Source: an uncultured Mycoplasma sp. (GTDB taxonomy: Bacteria > Bacillota_I > Bacilli_A > RF39 > UBA660). Taken from it: DNA of 58,866 nucleotides. This document shows, one piece after another, positions 29,787 to 40,458 of the stretch. The first letter of the stretch is position 1; each line of letters starts with the position of its first letter. The stretch is from contig CANSFH010000005.1 of the NCBI GenBank assembly GCA_947646115.1, positions 1 to 58,866 of the forward strand, written 5' to 3'. Made by a program: the position numbers and the translations under genes. Under the pieces are notes generated by a model. It was not told where the DNA came from. It was given only the letters and a program-made list of their open reading frames with translations, and ran no database searches.

Positions 29787-30872
29787 CTAGTTATGAACTA
29801 GCTCTTTTTCTTCATTAGTTAATTTATCTACTTCTACTCTATTAATTGAATCAAATCTTTTAGTTATTTTTTCACTAGTAGTATTAAGTTCTTCTACACT
29901 TTTAGAAACAGTACTAATATTACGAGCTAATTTATCCCATCTTTCTCTATAACGATCAAACTCTAAAGATAATTTATTAAGTTCTGTATGGATTATTTTT
30001 GCATACTTATCACGTTCCATATTTTTAAGAACCATTTCTATAATAGCAAGCATACTCATTAAAGTTGTTGGACTAGTAATCCAAACTTTTTTTTGATATG
30101 CATAATCAATAATATCTCTATGATAAGCATTTACTTCAGCAAAAATAGCTTCAGCTGGTAAAAATAATATTGCCTCATTAGCAGTTTCTCCCGGAATAAT
30201 ATATTTACTACTTATCGCATCTATATGCTTCTTAAAATCACTTTTAAATTGTTTTTCATATAATAATCGTTCTTCTTGTCTCTTATTTTTATCAGTCATT
30301 CTTTCATAATTTTCTAAAGGAAATTTTGAATCAATTGCTATCGTTCCCAGTGGTGTTGGCGCATAAAGTATAGCATCCGCTATAAAACCATTACTTAACT
30401 TATGTTGAATATCATATATTCCTGAATTAACACTTCCAAAAGCATTTTCTAAAATTAAATTAAGATTAACTTCTCCAAATATACCTCTAGTTTTTTTGTC
30501 AGTTAAAATGCTTTGTAAAGACATAATATCTGCACCCAAACCATCAATCTTTTTTTGTGCTTCATCAATTTTAGATAAGCGTTCAAGTACATTTGCAAAT
30601 GTTTTATTAGTTTTCTCTAAACTTTGATCTAATCTTTCCGTAACTTTATTATTAATCTCTGTTAATTTTCTATCTATTTTCTCATCTAATCCATCAAAAT
30701 CTTTACGTAAATCGTTTGTAAAATTCACTTTAAAATCTCCAATTTCTTTTACAACCCCAAGTTCCAACTTACCTAATCTTTCTGTAATTTCTGCTTCTCC
30801 ATTTTTTTTAAATAAATTTACTACTAAAAGTATTATTGCTACTCCTAACATTCCTATAATAACATAATCCAT
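29787..30872 (-). CDS. rmuC: DNA recombination protein RmuC
   Basis: KTRGIFGE, IDSKFP, KYI, FLPAE, SPTT motifs. Confidence 0.93.
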   Translation of the reverse strand: MDYVIIGMLGVAIILLVVNLFKKNGEAEITERLGKLELGVVKEIGDFKVNFTNDLRKDFDGLDEKIDRKLTEINNKVTERLDQSLEKTNKTFANVLERLSKIDEAQKKIDGLGADIMSLQSILTDKKTRGIFGEVNLNLILENAFGSVNSGIYDIQHKLSNGFIADAILYAPTPLGTIAIDSKFPLENYERMTDKNKRQEERLLYEKQFKSDFKKHIDAISSKYIIPGETANEAILFLPAEAIFAEVNAYHRDIIDYAYQKKVWITSPTTLMSMLAIIEMVLKNMERDKYAKIIHTELNKLSLEFDRYRERWDKLARNISTVSKSVEELNTTSEKITKRFDSINRVEVDKLTNEEKELVHN

Positions 30873-30882
30873 ATTTTATCAC

Positions 30883-31464
30883 CTATTCTACAATATTAAA
30901 TTTTTTACTAATTATTTTACTAATTATATAAGCTATAACAATTAAAATAACCACTTTTACTAAATACTCTGGATGCTTTAAACTTTCTACTAAACTAACT
31001 CCAACAAAACCCCAGAAGTAAACTAAAAAAGCTTTACCTATCATTAACGCTCCAACAAACTTTTTATAACTCATTTTAGATAAACCACAAGCAATATTGA
31101 CTAAAAAAGCAGGCGTAAATGGCACAGCAATTATTGTTGCTAATTGTTCAAACTTTAAACTAGTAATTTTATTCATTGTCTCTGTACTTATTAACCCTTT
31201 AGCTTTAAGTTTTTTATACCACCAAGTTTGAACCTTACTTCTAAATAAGAAAAATGATATCGAACAACCTATACAAGTAAAAAACCATGAAATAATAAAA
31301 CCTATTATATTCCCAAAAGCTAAAAAATTAAGCGTAATAAAAACAAATAATGGCAAAATTGGCAACATAGATTCAATTGTAATAAAAAAACATCCTACAA
31401 TTGGTCCCCATATTCCCATTCCTTGTAAAGTTGATTCTATAAATGTATCTATCATATCAAACAT
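30883..31464 (-). CDS. TVP38/DedA (VTT domain) membrane protein
   Basis: ESMLPILP and PFTPAFLVN motifs; multiple TMs. Confidence 0.85.
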   Translation of the reverse strand: MFDMIDTFIESTLQGMGIWGPIVGCFFITIESMLPILPLFVFITLNFLAFGNIIGFIISWFFTCIGCSISFFLFRSKVQTWWYKKLKAKGLISTETMNKITSLKFEQLATIIAVPFTPAFLVNIACGLSKMSYKKFVGALMIGKAFLVYFWGFVGVSLVESLKHPEYLVKVVILIVIAYIISKIISKKFNIVE

Positions 31465-31572
31465 ATTTCATCACACTATTATTATAATACATTTTTATTT
31501 AAAATACATTAATTATCGCAAATATAGCAAAAATTGACATCTAAAAAAGAGATCTCCTAGACCTCAATAAAT

Positions 31573-32271
31573 TTATTTACTAATATATTCAATAAGTACT
31601 GGTGCTAATATTATAAGAAGCATTATTGGTACAAAAAATAATACACTTATAACACTAACTTTAGTAGGAAGTTTAGCTATCTCTGCTTTTACATCCAACA
31701 TTTGTTTTTCCCTCAAGTAATCAATTTGGTTATACATAGAATCTATAATACTATTCCCAAAAGTATTAGATTGCATCATATTAAGTATTGTATTATTAAT
31801 GGTATCACTGGGAATTCTTTTCTTCATTGATTCCAAACTTTCATTTAAACTTTTACCTAGTTTTACCTCTGCTAACATTTTTTTAAATTCTTCAGAAATT
31901 TCTGAATCTATATTTTGAACAGTCAAAGACAAAGCATGTTTTAAATTTCTTCCCCCTTCAAGTGTTAAAACTAATACTTCAAAAAAGAATAAAGCCTCTT
32001 TATCAAGTTTATGTGATCTTCTTCTTATTTGATAATCAAGTACAATCTTCTCACTCAAATAATAAAATAAAACTGCTAATATTGGTGCCAAAAAATATCC
32101 ATACTTTGAAAAAATTAAAGTACCAATAAAAATTAAAATTGTTAAAAATAATCTACTATTTAATAATACCTCAACATTATAATTATTATAAACACCTAAT
32201 AATTTTATTTTATCATTAATCTTATTTATTGTTTTCTCACGATAAATTTTATAAATTATACTATCTCTCAT
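31573..32271 (-). CDS. tadC: Tad pilus platform protein TadC (T2SSF)
   Basis: T2SSF domain with C-terminal TM; follows tadB. Confidence 0.85.
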   Translation of the reverse strand: MRDSIIYKIYREKTINKINDKIKLLGVYNNYNVEVLLNSRLFLTILIFIGTLIFSKYGYFLAPILAVLFYYLSEKIVLDYQIRRRSHKLDKEALFFFEVLVLTLEGGRNLKHALSLTVQNIDSEISEEFKKMLAEVKLGKSLNESLESMKKRIPSDTINNTILNMMQSNTFGNSIIDSMYNQIDYLREKQMLDVKAEIAKLPTKVSVISVLFFVPIMLLIILAPVLIEYISK

Positions 32272-33263
32272 ATTTTCACCTCTAAAGCTCTTTTAATAAC
32301 TAAAATATAGATAATATATAAAAGTAATATAATAATTAAAACTATAATACCTATTCCAGTTGTAAATAAAGGCTTAAAATACGTTGGATTTAATAAAAAT
32401 ATAACACTTGTAAAAATTAGCGGTAATGCAACTAAAAGTTTAAAAACAAATCTACTAGCCGCTGTAAGACTTCTAAGTTCATTCTTAAGATTCTTTTTAT
32501 CAAATATAGATTTTTCAATTAAAGAAAAAACCTTAATAATATTTCCTCCTGTTTTATTTAAAAGAGTTAATGAAGTCGTTATATATTTAGCATCTTCAAT
32601 TTTTACTCGATCATAAAATCTATTAAAAACTACATCTAAACTAAGACCATAAGTAATATCTAAATATATCTTTTTAAATTCATCTTCAATTGGTCCATCA
32701 AGTTCTCTTTTTACACATTCTATCGCTTGCATTATATTTCTTCCGCTTTGAAAAGCATTATTCATAATTATTATTGCTTTTAATAAATCTTCTTCTACCA
32801 TTTTTCTTTTTTTAGCAAAACTAACATTTAAAAATATATCAGGTATAAAGAAAGTAAATAAAGATATAGTTAATAAAATCATAAAATCTATTTTTAAATT
32901 ATTAAATAGTAAAGAAACTAAACTAAAAATAATTACCATAAATACTAATAAGAACTTCATTGATACATAGTCAAGTCCATCTTTTGTATTTTTTTCTTCA
33001 AAAGAAATATATTTATTATATTTTAGTCCATAATTACTAAAAACTACAGATTTCTTTAATACTTTTGATATCTTTTTTATAATTAACCATACATATCTAC
33101 CAATTTTATCAAAAAAAGATATTTCATAATGATTAACAGTTGAAATCGCAAATTTACCTAACCTTTTTTCAAATCTTACTGCACGATAAAGACGAAGTAA
33201 ATATAATATTACTCCTAAAATAACAATCATTAAAATAAATTGTAATATTGTTACTCCGTCCAT
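32268..33263 (-). CDS. tadB: Tad pilus platform protein TadB (T2SSF)
   Basis: AFQSGRNIMQA, TGGN and SLTA motifs; follows tadA. Confidence 0.85.
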   Translation of the reverse strand: MDGVTILQFILMIVILGVILYLLRLYRAVRFEKRLGKFAISTVNHYEISFFDKIGRYVWLIIKKISKVLKKSVVFSNYGLKYNKYISFEEKNTKDGLDYVSMKFLLVFMVIIFSLVSLLFNNLKIDFMILLTISLFTFFIPDIFLNVSFAKKRKMVEEDLLKAIIIMNNAFQSGRNIMQAIECVKRELDGPIEDEFKKIYLDITYGLSLDVVFNRFYDRVKIEDAKYITTSLTLLNKTGGNIIKVFSLIEKSIFDKKNLKNELRSLTAASRFVFKLLVALPLIFTSVIFLLNPTYFKPLFTTGIGIIVLIIILLLYIIYILVIKRALEVKI

Positions 33264-33268
33264 TTTTC

Positions 33269-34726
33269 CTACTCTTCTCTATCTGGAATTAAATCTGAAT
33301 ATTTTCCTTTATAATAATAAATTTCTTTATCTTTCTTAACTTCTACTTCTTTTTTTTCTTCATTATTTTTTTGCATCTTTTTCTGTTTAATTTCTTCTAC
33401 TTCCGGAAAAAATATATCATCTATGTCTGTTATCCCTCGAGCTTTTATTTTTTGATATATTCTCGGAACTCCTTCATATAATATAAACTCTCCATTTACA
33501 GCACCAGAATCAGTTAAACCATCTTGCTCAAAAGCAAATATTTCTTTTAATTTAATTTCTCCCCCTGTAAATTTTTCTATTTCTGAAATACTTGTAACTT
33601 TTCTTCTACCGTCACTCATTCTCTCAATATTAACAATTAAATCTATAGCACTGCAAATATATTCTCGTACTGCTTTAATAGGAATATCAAAACCTCCCAT
33701 TAATACCATAGTTTCTAATCTATTTAATGCGTCTTGTGGACTGTTAGCGTGAAGTGTCGTAAGTGAACCATCATGACCTGTATTCATAGCTTGCAACATA
33801 TCAAACGCTTCTTTGCCTCTAACTTCTCCTACAATAATTCTATCAGGACGCATTCTAAGTGAATTAAGTACTAAATCTCTAATTGTCACTTCACCATTTT
33901 GTTCATAATTCATTGTTTTTGTTTCTAAAGAAATAACATGATTTTGATTAAGTCTTAACTCTGCTGCATCCTCTATAGTAATAATTCTTTCAAGCTCTCC
34001 AATAAAGCTACTTAAAACATTTAAAAGAGTTGTTTTTCCCGAACCAGTACCTCCACAAATAATCATATTGCATTTGCCACGTACTGAAGCATCTAAAAAT
34101 CTAGCCATATATGGAGTTAAACTTCCTATTCTTATTAATTCATCAATATTAGACATTGATTCTTTAAACTTTCTTATTGTTATAACTGGCCCTTTAGTAG
34201 ACAAAGGAGGAATTACAGCATTAATTCTAGAACCGTCTAAAAGTCTTGAATCAACCATAGGATTTTTTGCATCAATTGTTCTTCCAAGTGGTTCAATAAG
34301 CCGTTGAATAGTTCTTATAATATGTTCATTATTAATAAAAGAAACACTATCATCTTTCGTTAAAACTCCATCTATTTCTATATAAATTTCATCAGGAGAA
34401 TTAACCATTATTTCCGTAATATTATCATCTTCTAATAATTCAGAAATAGGTCCATACCCATTTATTTCATTATCTATTAAATTAAATAAGTGACTTCTCT
34501 CTAAATTAGATAAATCATACCCCTCTATAGTTTTATCTATTTCATCATTAATCCATTCTGATAAAGACTTCTCTGCAGGCATTTCATTGTCAATTAAATT
34601 TTCAACAATTTCCGTTCTTAATTTATCAAGTAAAGCTTTATCTTTAAAAATTTCATAATCATTTAAAATAACTTGACGTTTCTGCTTTATCTTAATATCA
34701 AAAGCATCTCTTAAACTTTGACCCAT
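33269..34726 (-). CDS. cpaF: Tad pilus ATPase TadA/CpaF
   Basis: GGTGSGKTT, TIEDAAEL, LRMRPDRIIVGEVRG, MNTGHDG motifs. Confidence 0.95.
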   Translation of the reverse strand: MGQSLRDAFDIKIKQKRQVILNDYEIFKDKALLDKLRTEIVENLIDNEMPAEKSLSEWINDEIDKTIEGYDLSNLERSHLFNLIDNEINGYGPISELLEDDNITEIMVNSPDEIYIEIDGVLTKDDSVSFINNEHIIRTIQRLIEPLGRTIDAKNPMVDSRLLDGSRINAVIPPLSTKGPVITIRKFKESMSNIDELIRIGSLTPYMARFLDASVRGKCNMIICGGTGSGKTTLLNVLSSFIGELERIITIEDAAELRLNQNHVISLETKTMNYEQNGEVTIRDLVLNSLRMRPDRIIVGEVRGKEAFDMLQAMNTGHDGSLTTLHANSPQDALNRLETMVLMGGFDIPIKAVREYICSAIDLIVNIERMSDGRRKVTSISEIEKFTGGEIKLKEIFAFEQDGLTDSGAVNGEFILYEGVPRIYQKIKARGITDIDDIFFPEVEEIKQKKMQKNNEEKKEVEVKKDKEIYYYKGKYSDLIPDREE

Positions 34727-35484
34727 TATTTCACCTCATTATACATATCAGTAATAATCTGCATTAAAGTAGTGTAATCTTTAGCAAATATAGTCGCAGC
34801 TCTACTATCTAAAGTTATTATTTTACCATTCATTACAAAATTATCTATATTTTTTATATAAAATGAACTTGAAAGAACATAATCAATATTAGCACCAATA
34901 ACATTCTTTATATCATATAAACTAAAATACTTTTTAAAAGGATTAACACTTTCATTTAACATTATCTTAAAATTATCATAATTAACATCACGTAAAATTG
35001 AAACTAAACTACGCATATTTTTTAAATCCATTGGATCATTAGTGACAATAAATAGCATTTGATCAACAAGATCCATAGTAAGAACATTAAAATCATTCAC
35101 CATGTGACTAGTATCAACTAACACAACATCATAATTAAATACTGCTTTATCCAAAATTAATTCTACATATTTAGCTTCTATTTTATTAGCTTGTCTGGGA
35201 TCTTTAGGACAAGAAAGAACATCTATGAATTTATCATAACTTATAATATAATTTTTAAAATCATGAAAACGATTATTATTTAAATCATCCACTAAATTAT
35301 ATATATTCTTTTGTGGCTCTACATTTAAAGCTGTAGCTATTCCTCCATTTCCCAAATCAAAATCAATTATCAGTACTTTCTTATTCAAAACTTCATATAA
35401 TCCAGCTAAATTTAAAGTAGTAATAGTCTTACCAACTCCACCTTTAGCACTTGAAATACCTAAAGACATTCCTTTACTATTCAT
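34726..35484 (-). CDS. CpaE/TadZ-like MinD-family ATPase
   Basis: KGGVGKT deviant Walker A, LIIDFD; directly upstream of tadA. Confidence 0.8.
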   Translation of the reverse strand: MNSKGMSLGISSAKGGVGKTITTLNLAGLYEVLNKKVLIIDFDLGNGGIATALNVEPQKNIYNLVDDLNNNRFHDFKNYIISYDKFIDVLSCPKDPRQANKIEAKYVELILDKAVFNYDVVLVDTSHMVNDFNVLTMDLVDQMLFIVTNDPMDLKNMRSLVSILRDVNYDNFKIMLNESVNPFKKYFSLYDIKNVIGANIDYVLSSSFYIKNIDNFVMNGKIITLDSRAATIFAKDYTTLMQIITDMYNEVK

Positions 35485-35498
35485 AGTATCACTCTTCT

Positions 35499-35882
35499 TT
35501 ACTCTATAATTATCTTCTCATTCTCTTTATAACCTGTAATATCTTCTACTATTTTATAATTTTTAATCCCAATTATGGAACCAAATATACTATCTATACT
35601 TATTTCATTTTTGACATTTATTCTATTATCATTTATTGCTATTTCTAAATTATCAACATTTACTTCATTTTTTATTAAAATTTGTTTTATTTTTTTATCA
35701 GTATCACTATCTATATTAGAAATATTTTCTCTTATAGCAGTTTTAGTTACTTCTTTTAAATGACTTTTATTAGCAAATATTACCCCAATATCAATTACTA
35801 ACGCAGCGAGACCAAGTATAAGAGGAATCATTATCACAAACAAAATTAAAGTTTGTCCTTTCTTATTAAGCATTATTATCAA
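35499..35882 (-). CDS. TadG/TadE-like minor pilin
   Basis: KKG|QTLILF...VIDIG prepilin motif. Confidence 0.8.
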   Translation of the reverse strand: MIIMLNKKGQTLILFVIMIPLILGLAALVIDIGVIFANKSHLKEVTKTAIRENISNIDSDTDKKIKQILIKNEVNVDNLEIAINDNRINVKNEISIDSIFGSIIGIKNYKIVEDITGYKENEKIIIE

Positions 35883-36210
35883 TACTCCTTGAAACTTTTA
35901 GTTGATAAGGATTACTAAAAATAAAATTTAATCCTGGTGTAATAATATCAATTTCTTTAGTTAAATTAAAATTAATATATTCATTATCATTTTCTATTTT
36001 CAGAAAAACATCATCTTCAAAATCCAACTTATCCACAATTTCTTCTTCCTTCTTACCACCTTGATATAAGGAAATAACGTCACTAATTTGTTCTTCTAAT
36101 ATTATTTTTGAGTATAATATTTTACCTATATCTATAACCCCCAGAACAAGCATTATAAATACTGGTAAAATAATTACAAATTCAACAAGTGCTTGTCCCT
36201 TCTTTTTCAT
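35866..36210 (-). CDS. TadE-like minor pilin
   Basis: KKKG|QALVEFVIILP motif. Confidence 0.88.
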   Translation of the reverse strand: MKKKGQALVEFVIILPVFIMLVLGVIDIGKILYSKIILEEQISDVISLYQGGKKEEEIVDKLDFEDDVFLKIENDNEYINFNLTKEIDIITPGLNFIFSNPYQLKVSRSIDNNA

Positions 36211-36233
36211 TCTTCTTACCCCTTTAGAGCTAG

Positions 36234-36431
36234 TTATTTTTTCTTTTCTTCACAATAAGCTTCGCCAACTTTTTCGCCTTTTACATATTCTTCGTCAACT
36301 AAACTACAACTAGTTTTAGTTATAGCATCTTTTAAATAGCCACCAAAATAATTAACAAGTGCGATTGCTATAACACTTATTAAAGCTATAATAAGAATAT
36401 ATTCAACTAAAGCCTGTCCTCGCTTATTCAT
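36234..36431 (-). CDS. flp: Flp family type IVc pilin
   Basis: KRG|QALVEYILIIALI Flp motif. Confidence 0.88.
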   Translation of the reverse strand: MNKRGQALVEYILIIALISVIAIALVNYFGGYLKDAITKTSCSLVDEEYVKGEKVGEAYCEEKKK

Positions 36432-36514
36432 AACTTTCACCCTTATCATAATTAATAATATAATAAAATAAGAAAAAAGTCAATTTTATCCAAGCTAAAA
36501 CAAAAAGAATATTA

Positions 36515-37690
36515 CTATTTTTTTAATTTACTTAAGTTACCAACAAGTATAGCTTCAATAAATAATGAAAAACCTGCGATAATTAAAATATAATTTATAT
36601 AATCCATTCCCACAAATAAAACTACTAAAAATATAATTATATATCCTATTGTTCGTGAAATAGAAAATAAAACATCCCGTGCTAAAAAATATTCTGGTTT
36701 AAGTTCCATTTTAAGTTCCTCACAATTAGCTAAATTAACTGTTACATATTCACTAATCAAGCTAATAATTAAAATAAATGAATAACGAATTAATAAAAAT
36801 ATTATTAACATTTCTACTTTTGGAAAAAATGCAAAAAGAACTAAAACACTAAAAGATATAAAACCTGAAATATAAGAAATACGTTTAAAACTTTTTTCTT
36901 TTATTTTAGTTGAGTATAAAATACAAACAATTAAAGAAAGTATAGCTGTAATACTATCTACAAAACCCAAATTTAAATTAGTCTTAAAAACATTTATTTT
37001 AAATAAAGTAACAACTAAACTCATAACTCCTGAAGAATAAGTAAGTCCCGATAAAAGTGGTATTAATAAAGAATATACAATATTTTTATTAGTTTTAACT
37101 AAACTGACAAATTTCTTCATTTCAAATTTCTTGTCCCCATACTTATTATCTTTTAACCAGAATGTAATCAAAAACATGAATATAAAAAGCATAAAAAATA
37201 TTTTTCCTAAATCAGTATAACTCATAAACGATAATAAAACTCCTAATAACAAAGGCATTAAAATCGCAATTATTTTATTTATTGTATTAACTAAACCATG
37301 AAATCTTTGCCTATCCTCATTACTAATTTTATCAGAATATAAAATATTTTTAGGAAAATAATATAATCCATCAGCTACTCCTTTTAAAATACCAACTATT
37401 AAAATATAATTAATAATATTTTCTTTTAATAGCATTATTAGAGCAATATATAAAGCTTGCATTGAAATTCCTAGACGCAAATAAGGAACTATAATATTCT
37501 TCTTAATCGATTTTCTAATAAATACAAAACCTATACCAATAAACATATATAATGTTATATAATACTTTGCTAGAGGTACAATTTCATAATTAGCAATCTG
37601 AAAAAAATACATTACAAAAAAAGTATCAAAATAAACATCAATAATATTTTTTAAAACACTAATTAAAAATATTGCTTTACGTTCATTCAT
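36515..37690 (-). CDS. MFS-like transporter
   Basis: About 12 hydrophobic segments. Confidence 0.7.
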   Translation of the reverse strand: MNERKAIFLISVLKNIIDVYFDTFFVMYFFQIANYEIVPLAKYYITLYMFIGIGFVFIRKSIKKNIIVPYLRLGISMQALYIALIMLLKENIINYILIVGILKGVADGLYYFPKNILYSDKISNEDRQRFHGLVNTINKIIAILMPLLLGVLLSFMSYTDLGKIFFMLFIFMFLITFWLKDNKYGDKKFEMKKFVSLVKTNKNIVYSLLIPLLSGLTYSSGVMSLVVTLFKINVFKTNLNLGFVDSITAILSLIVCILYSTKIKEKSFKRISYISGFISFSVLVLFAFFPKVEMLIIFLLIRYSFILIISLISEYVTVNLANCEELKMELKPEYFLARDVLFSISRTIGYIIIFLVVLFVGMDYINYILIIAGFSLFIEAILVGNLSKLKK

Positions 37691-37796
37691 TATACTTCAC
37701 CTATTATTAATTATACAATAATTATATTTTATAGTAAATCACATAATTTTAGTAATATTTATTCATTTTTATGCTAAAATTATATTAGGTGATTTT

Positions 37797-38126
37797 ATGT
37801 ATTTAAAAACTAATAAAGAAAAATATGATATTATTGTCGCAGATAATTTCTACAAACGCTTAACTGGCTTAATAGGCAAAAAAAATATTGATTTTGGAAT
37901 GCTTTTTCCTAAATGCAATGCTATTCACACTTATTTTATGAAAGAAAATATTGATATAGTGGGATTAGATGAAAATAATGAAGTAATTTACAAATATGAA
38001 AATCTAGATAAAAATCGTGTTATAAAAATTAATTATGATCCTAAAAAAACTAGTATTTTAGAACTACCAGCCAACTCTAGTAAAAAAATAAAAATAGGTA
38101 CACTTTTAATATTTAATGAAGATTAA
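37797..38126 (+). CDS. DUF192 family protein
   Basis: ADNFYKRLTGL, IHTYFM...IDIV, ILEL motifs. Confidence 0.85.
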   Translation: MYLKTNKEKYDIIVADNFYKRLTGLIGKKNIDFGMLFPKCNAIHTYFMKENIDIVGLDENNEVIYKYENLDKNRVIKINYDPKKTSILELPANSSKKIKIGTLLIFNED

Positions 38127-38245
38127 CTTCATTTTTTATTTTGCTTAATAAATTTTCTAACATTTCTTTACTTTCTATTCTATTTATAGCAAAACATTTA
38201 TTTCCTAAATCTTTAAATGATGCTCCTGAATGATATAACATTATT
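38113..38245 (-). pseudogene. C-terminal remnant of an ORF6N/RhuM-associated protein
   Basis: LYHSGASFKDLGNKCFAINRIE resembles the recalled YHxGASxKDLGKK C-terminal motif; no N-terminal part. Confidence 0.5.
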
Positions 38246-38316
38246 ATAAACCAAACATAAATAAATCTATACCAAACAAAAATTCTTTTAAAATTCAAAA
38301 AAAATAACATTAAATG

Positions 38317-39591
38317 TTATTCTTTAAATTCAAATATATAATCACAAATCTGTACTTCATCGCCTCTTTTAGCACCTAAACGTTCAAGTTCTTCTTCAAC
38401 TCCCATACCTTTAAGTTTTCTAGCAAAACGAAGCACTGCTTCATCTTCATTAAACCTCGTCATTTTAAATAATTTTTCTAACTCTTTACCTTCTAACACC
38501 CATACATCATTATCTTTAGTAATTGTAAAAGGTCTTTCATTTTTAAATTTATAAATAACGTGGCTAAGCATTTCTTCTTCATCATATATTGGATTACTTT
38601 CAATATTATCAATGGCATCTGCTAAAATTGTCATTAATTTATCAAATCCCATGTTAGTAACTGAACTGATTTCCACAATTTCTTTTTTAGGGAACTGAAC
38701 CTTAAATTTTTTCAAATTTTCTTGAGCTTCAGGTAAATCCATTTTATTTGCTATAATAATTTCTTTTTTATTAGCAAGTTTTTCATTATATTTTTCTATT
38801 TCTTCACGAATTAACAAATAATCATCTATAGGATTGCGCATCTCTTCTGCTCCCATATCTAAAACATGAGCAATAACTTTAGTCCTCATTGCATGTCTTA
38901 AAAATTTATGTCCAAGACCAGCTCCTTCATGCGCTCCTTCAATAAGTCCTGGTAAATCCGCCATAACAAAACTTCTTGTATCTTTTAACTTCACAACTCC
39001 TAAATTAGGTGCTAAAGTAGTAAAATGATAACTAGCTATTTTTGGTGTTGCTGCACTCATTTTAGATAAAATCGTTGATTTACCAACACTAGGAAGACCA
39101 ACTAATCCTACATCTGCAATCATTTTAAGCTCTACTTTTAATAGCTTTATTTCGCCAGGTTCTCCAAGTTCACTAAATTTCGGTGCATTATCTAGTTCTG
39201 TTTTAAATGCAACATTTCCGCGTCCACCACGTCCCCCGTGAGCGACAATAACCTCTGTATTTTCTCCAACCAAATCTGCAATAACTAAATTTGTGTCCGC
39301 ATCTATTACAGTAGTACCTTCGGGAACTTTTATTATTATATCATTAGCATTCTTACCATTTTGGTTAGAACCTTTACCATTTTCTCCTTTATCACCTTTA
39401 ATTATTTTCATATATCTAAGATCTATTAAAGTTTTAAGACCTTTATCGACCGTAAAAATAATGTTAGCGCCTCTTCCACCATTGCCACCATTAGGACCAC
39501 CCATTGGTACACATTTCTCGCGTCTAAAAGATGTACAACCATCTCCACCTTTACCAGCACAAACTTTAATCGTCAATTCATCAACAAACAT
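38317..39591 (-). CDS. obgE: GTPase ObgE
   Basis: MFVDE, Gly-rich domain, GLPSVGKS, DLPG, ANKMD, C-terminal OCT domain. Confidence 0.98.
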   Translation of the reverse strand: MFVDELTIKVCAGKGGDGCTSFRREKCVPMGGPNGGNGGRGANIIFTVDKGLKTLIDLRYMKIIKGDKGENGKGSNQNGKNANDIIIKVPEGTTVIDADTNLVIADLVGENTEVIVAHGGRGGRGNVAFKTELDNAPKFSELGEPGEIKLLKVELKMIADVGLVGLPSVGKSTILSKMSAATPKIASYHFTTLAPNLGVVKLKDTRSFVMADLPGLIEGAHEGAGLGHKFLRHAMRTKVIAHVLDMGAEEMRNPIDDYLLIREEIEKYNEKLANKKEIIIANKMDLPEAQENLKKFKVQFPKKEIVEISSVTNMGFDKLMTILADAIDNIESNPIYDEEEMLSHVIYKFKNERPFTITKDNDVWVLEGKELEKLFKMTRFNEDEAVLRFARKLKGMGVEEELERLGAKRGDEVQICDYIFEFKE

Positions 39592-39622
39592 TAAAATCAC
39601 CTACTTCATTTCACTATACTAT

Positions 39623-40381
39623 TTATTTTTTATTAGTATTATTCTTATTAATTAATTTTACATCAAAATATGTATTTATTAATTCTTTTTCTAATTTACC
39701 TTTTTTCATTGTATACTTATATTCTAATATACTACCTTTTTCTTCTTCATTATTATACTCCAAAATATAAATATTATTTTTTTCAATTTTTCCTAAAAAC
39801 ATTCCATCATAAAAAATATCTAAATCTTTATTATCAATATTAACATAATTTTTTGAAGAATCTAAAACTATCAAATCTTCATTATCTATTACATTCCCCA
39901 TATCATCATAAATAAAATACTTTTTTAAAACATTATCTATATTGTATCCAACATTAATCACTAAAAATTCTTCTTCATCATCTTTTATAATACTAAAGTC
40001 TTTTTCAGTTAATCTCACATAATTATTAATACTTTCATTCAAAAATAAATCTTCTATATTTTTAGCATTTATATTGTTACTTACAACTTCATCAAAAATA
40101 TTTTTTCCATCATAATAAATTGTTAATTGTATTTCTGCATTTTTATTTTGAAAAGTCACGTTATATAGAGCTTTTACTTTATGTCTAGAATCATTTAAAT
40201 AAATATTATAAATATCTTGCACAGAAGTTTTACCAACATTAGATGTAACTTTACTTATTTTCTTTATTATTTTAGTTGGAACTTCTTTCCTTGTTCCTTT
40301 ATTAAATAAAGTATAAACAGTAATACCAGATATAAATGCTAATGCTATAATTAAAATAAAAACACATATAACTTTTTTCAT
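39623..40381 (-). CDS. Hypothetical membrane-anchored protein
   Basis: N-terminal TM; AGGAG RBS. Confidence 0.65.
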   Translation of the reverse strand: MKKVICVFILIIALAFISGITVYTLFNKGTRKEVPTKIIKKISKVTSNVGKTSVQDIYNIYLNDSRHKVKALYNVTFQNKNAEIQLTIYYDGKNIFDEVVSNNINAKNIEDLFLNESINNYVRLTEKDFSIIKDDEEEFLVINVGYNIDNVLKKYFIYDDMGNVIDNEDLIVLDSSKNYVNIDNKDLDIFYDGMFLGKIEKNNIYILEYNNEEEKGSILEYKYTMKKGKLEKELINTYFDVKLINKNNTNKK

Positions 40382-40458
40382 AAGACGCTCCTTTTTTGTA
40401 CTATTATATCAATTTTAAAGAAAATTTAAAACCAAAAAAGTTACTATTTTTATAGTAA

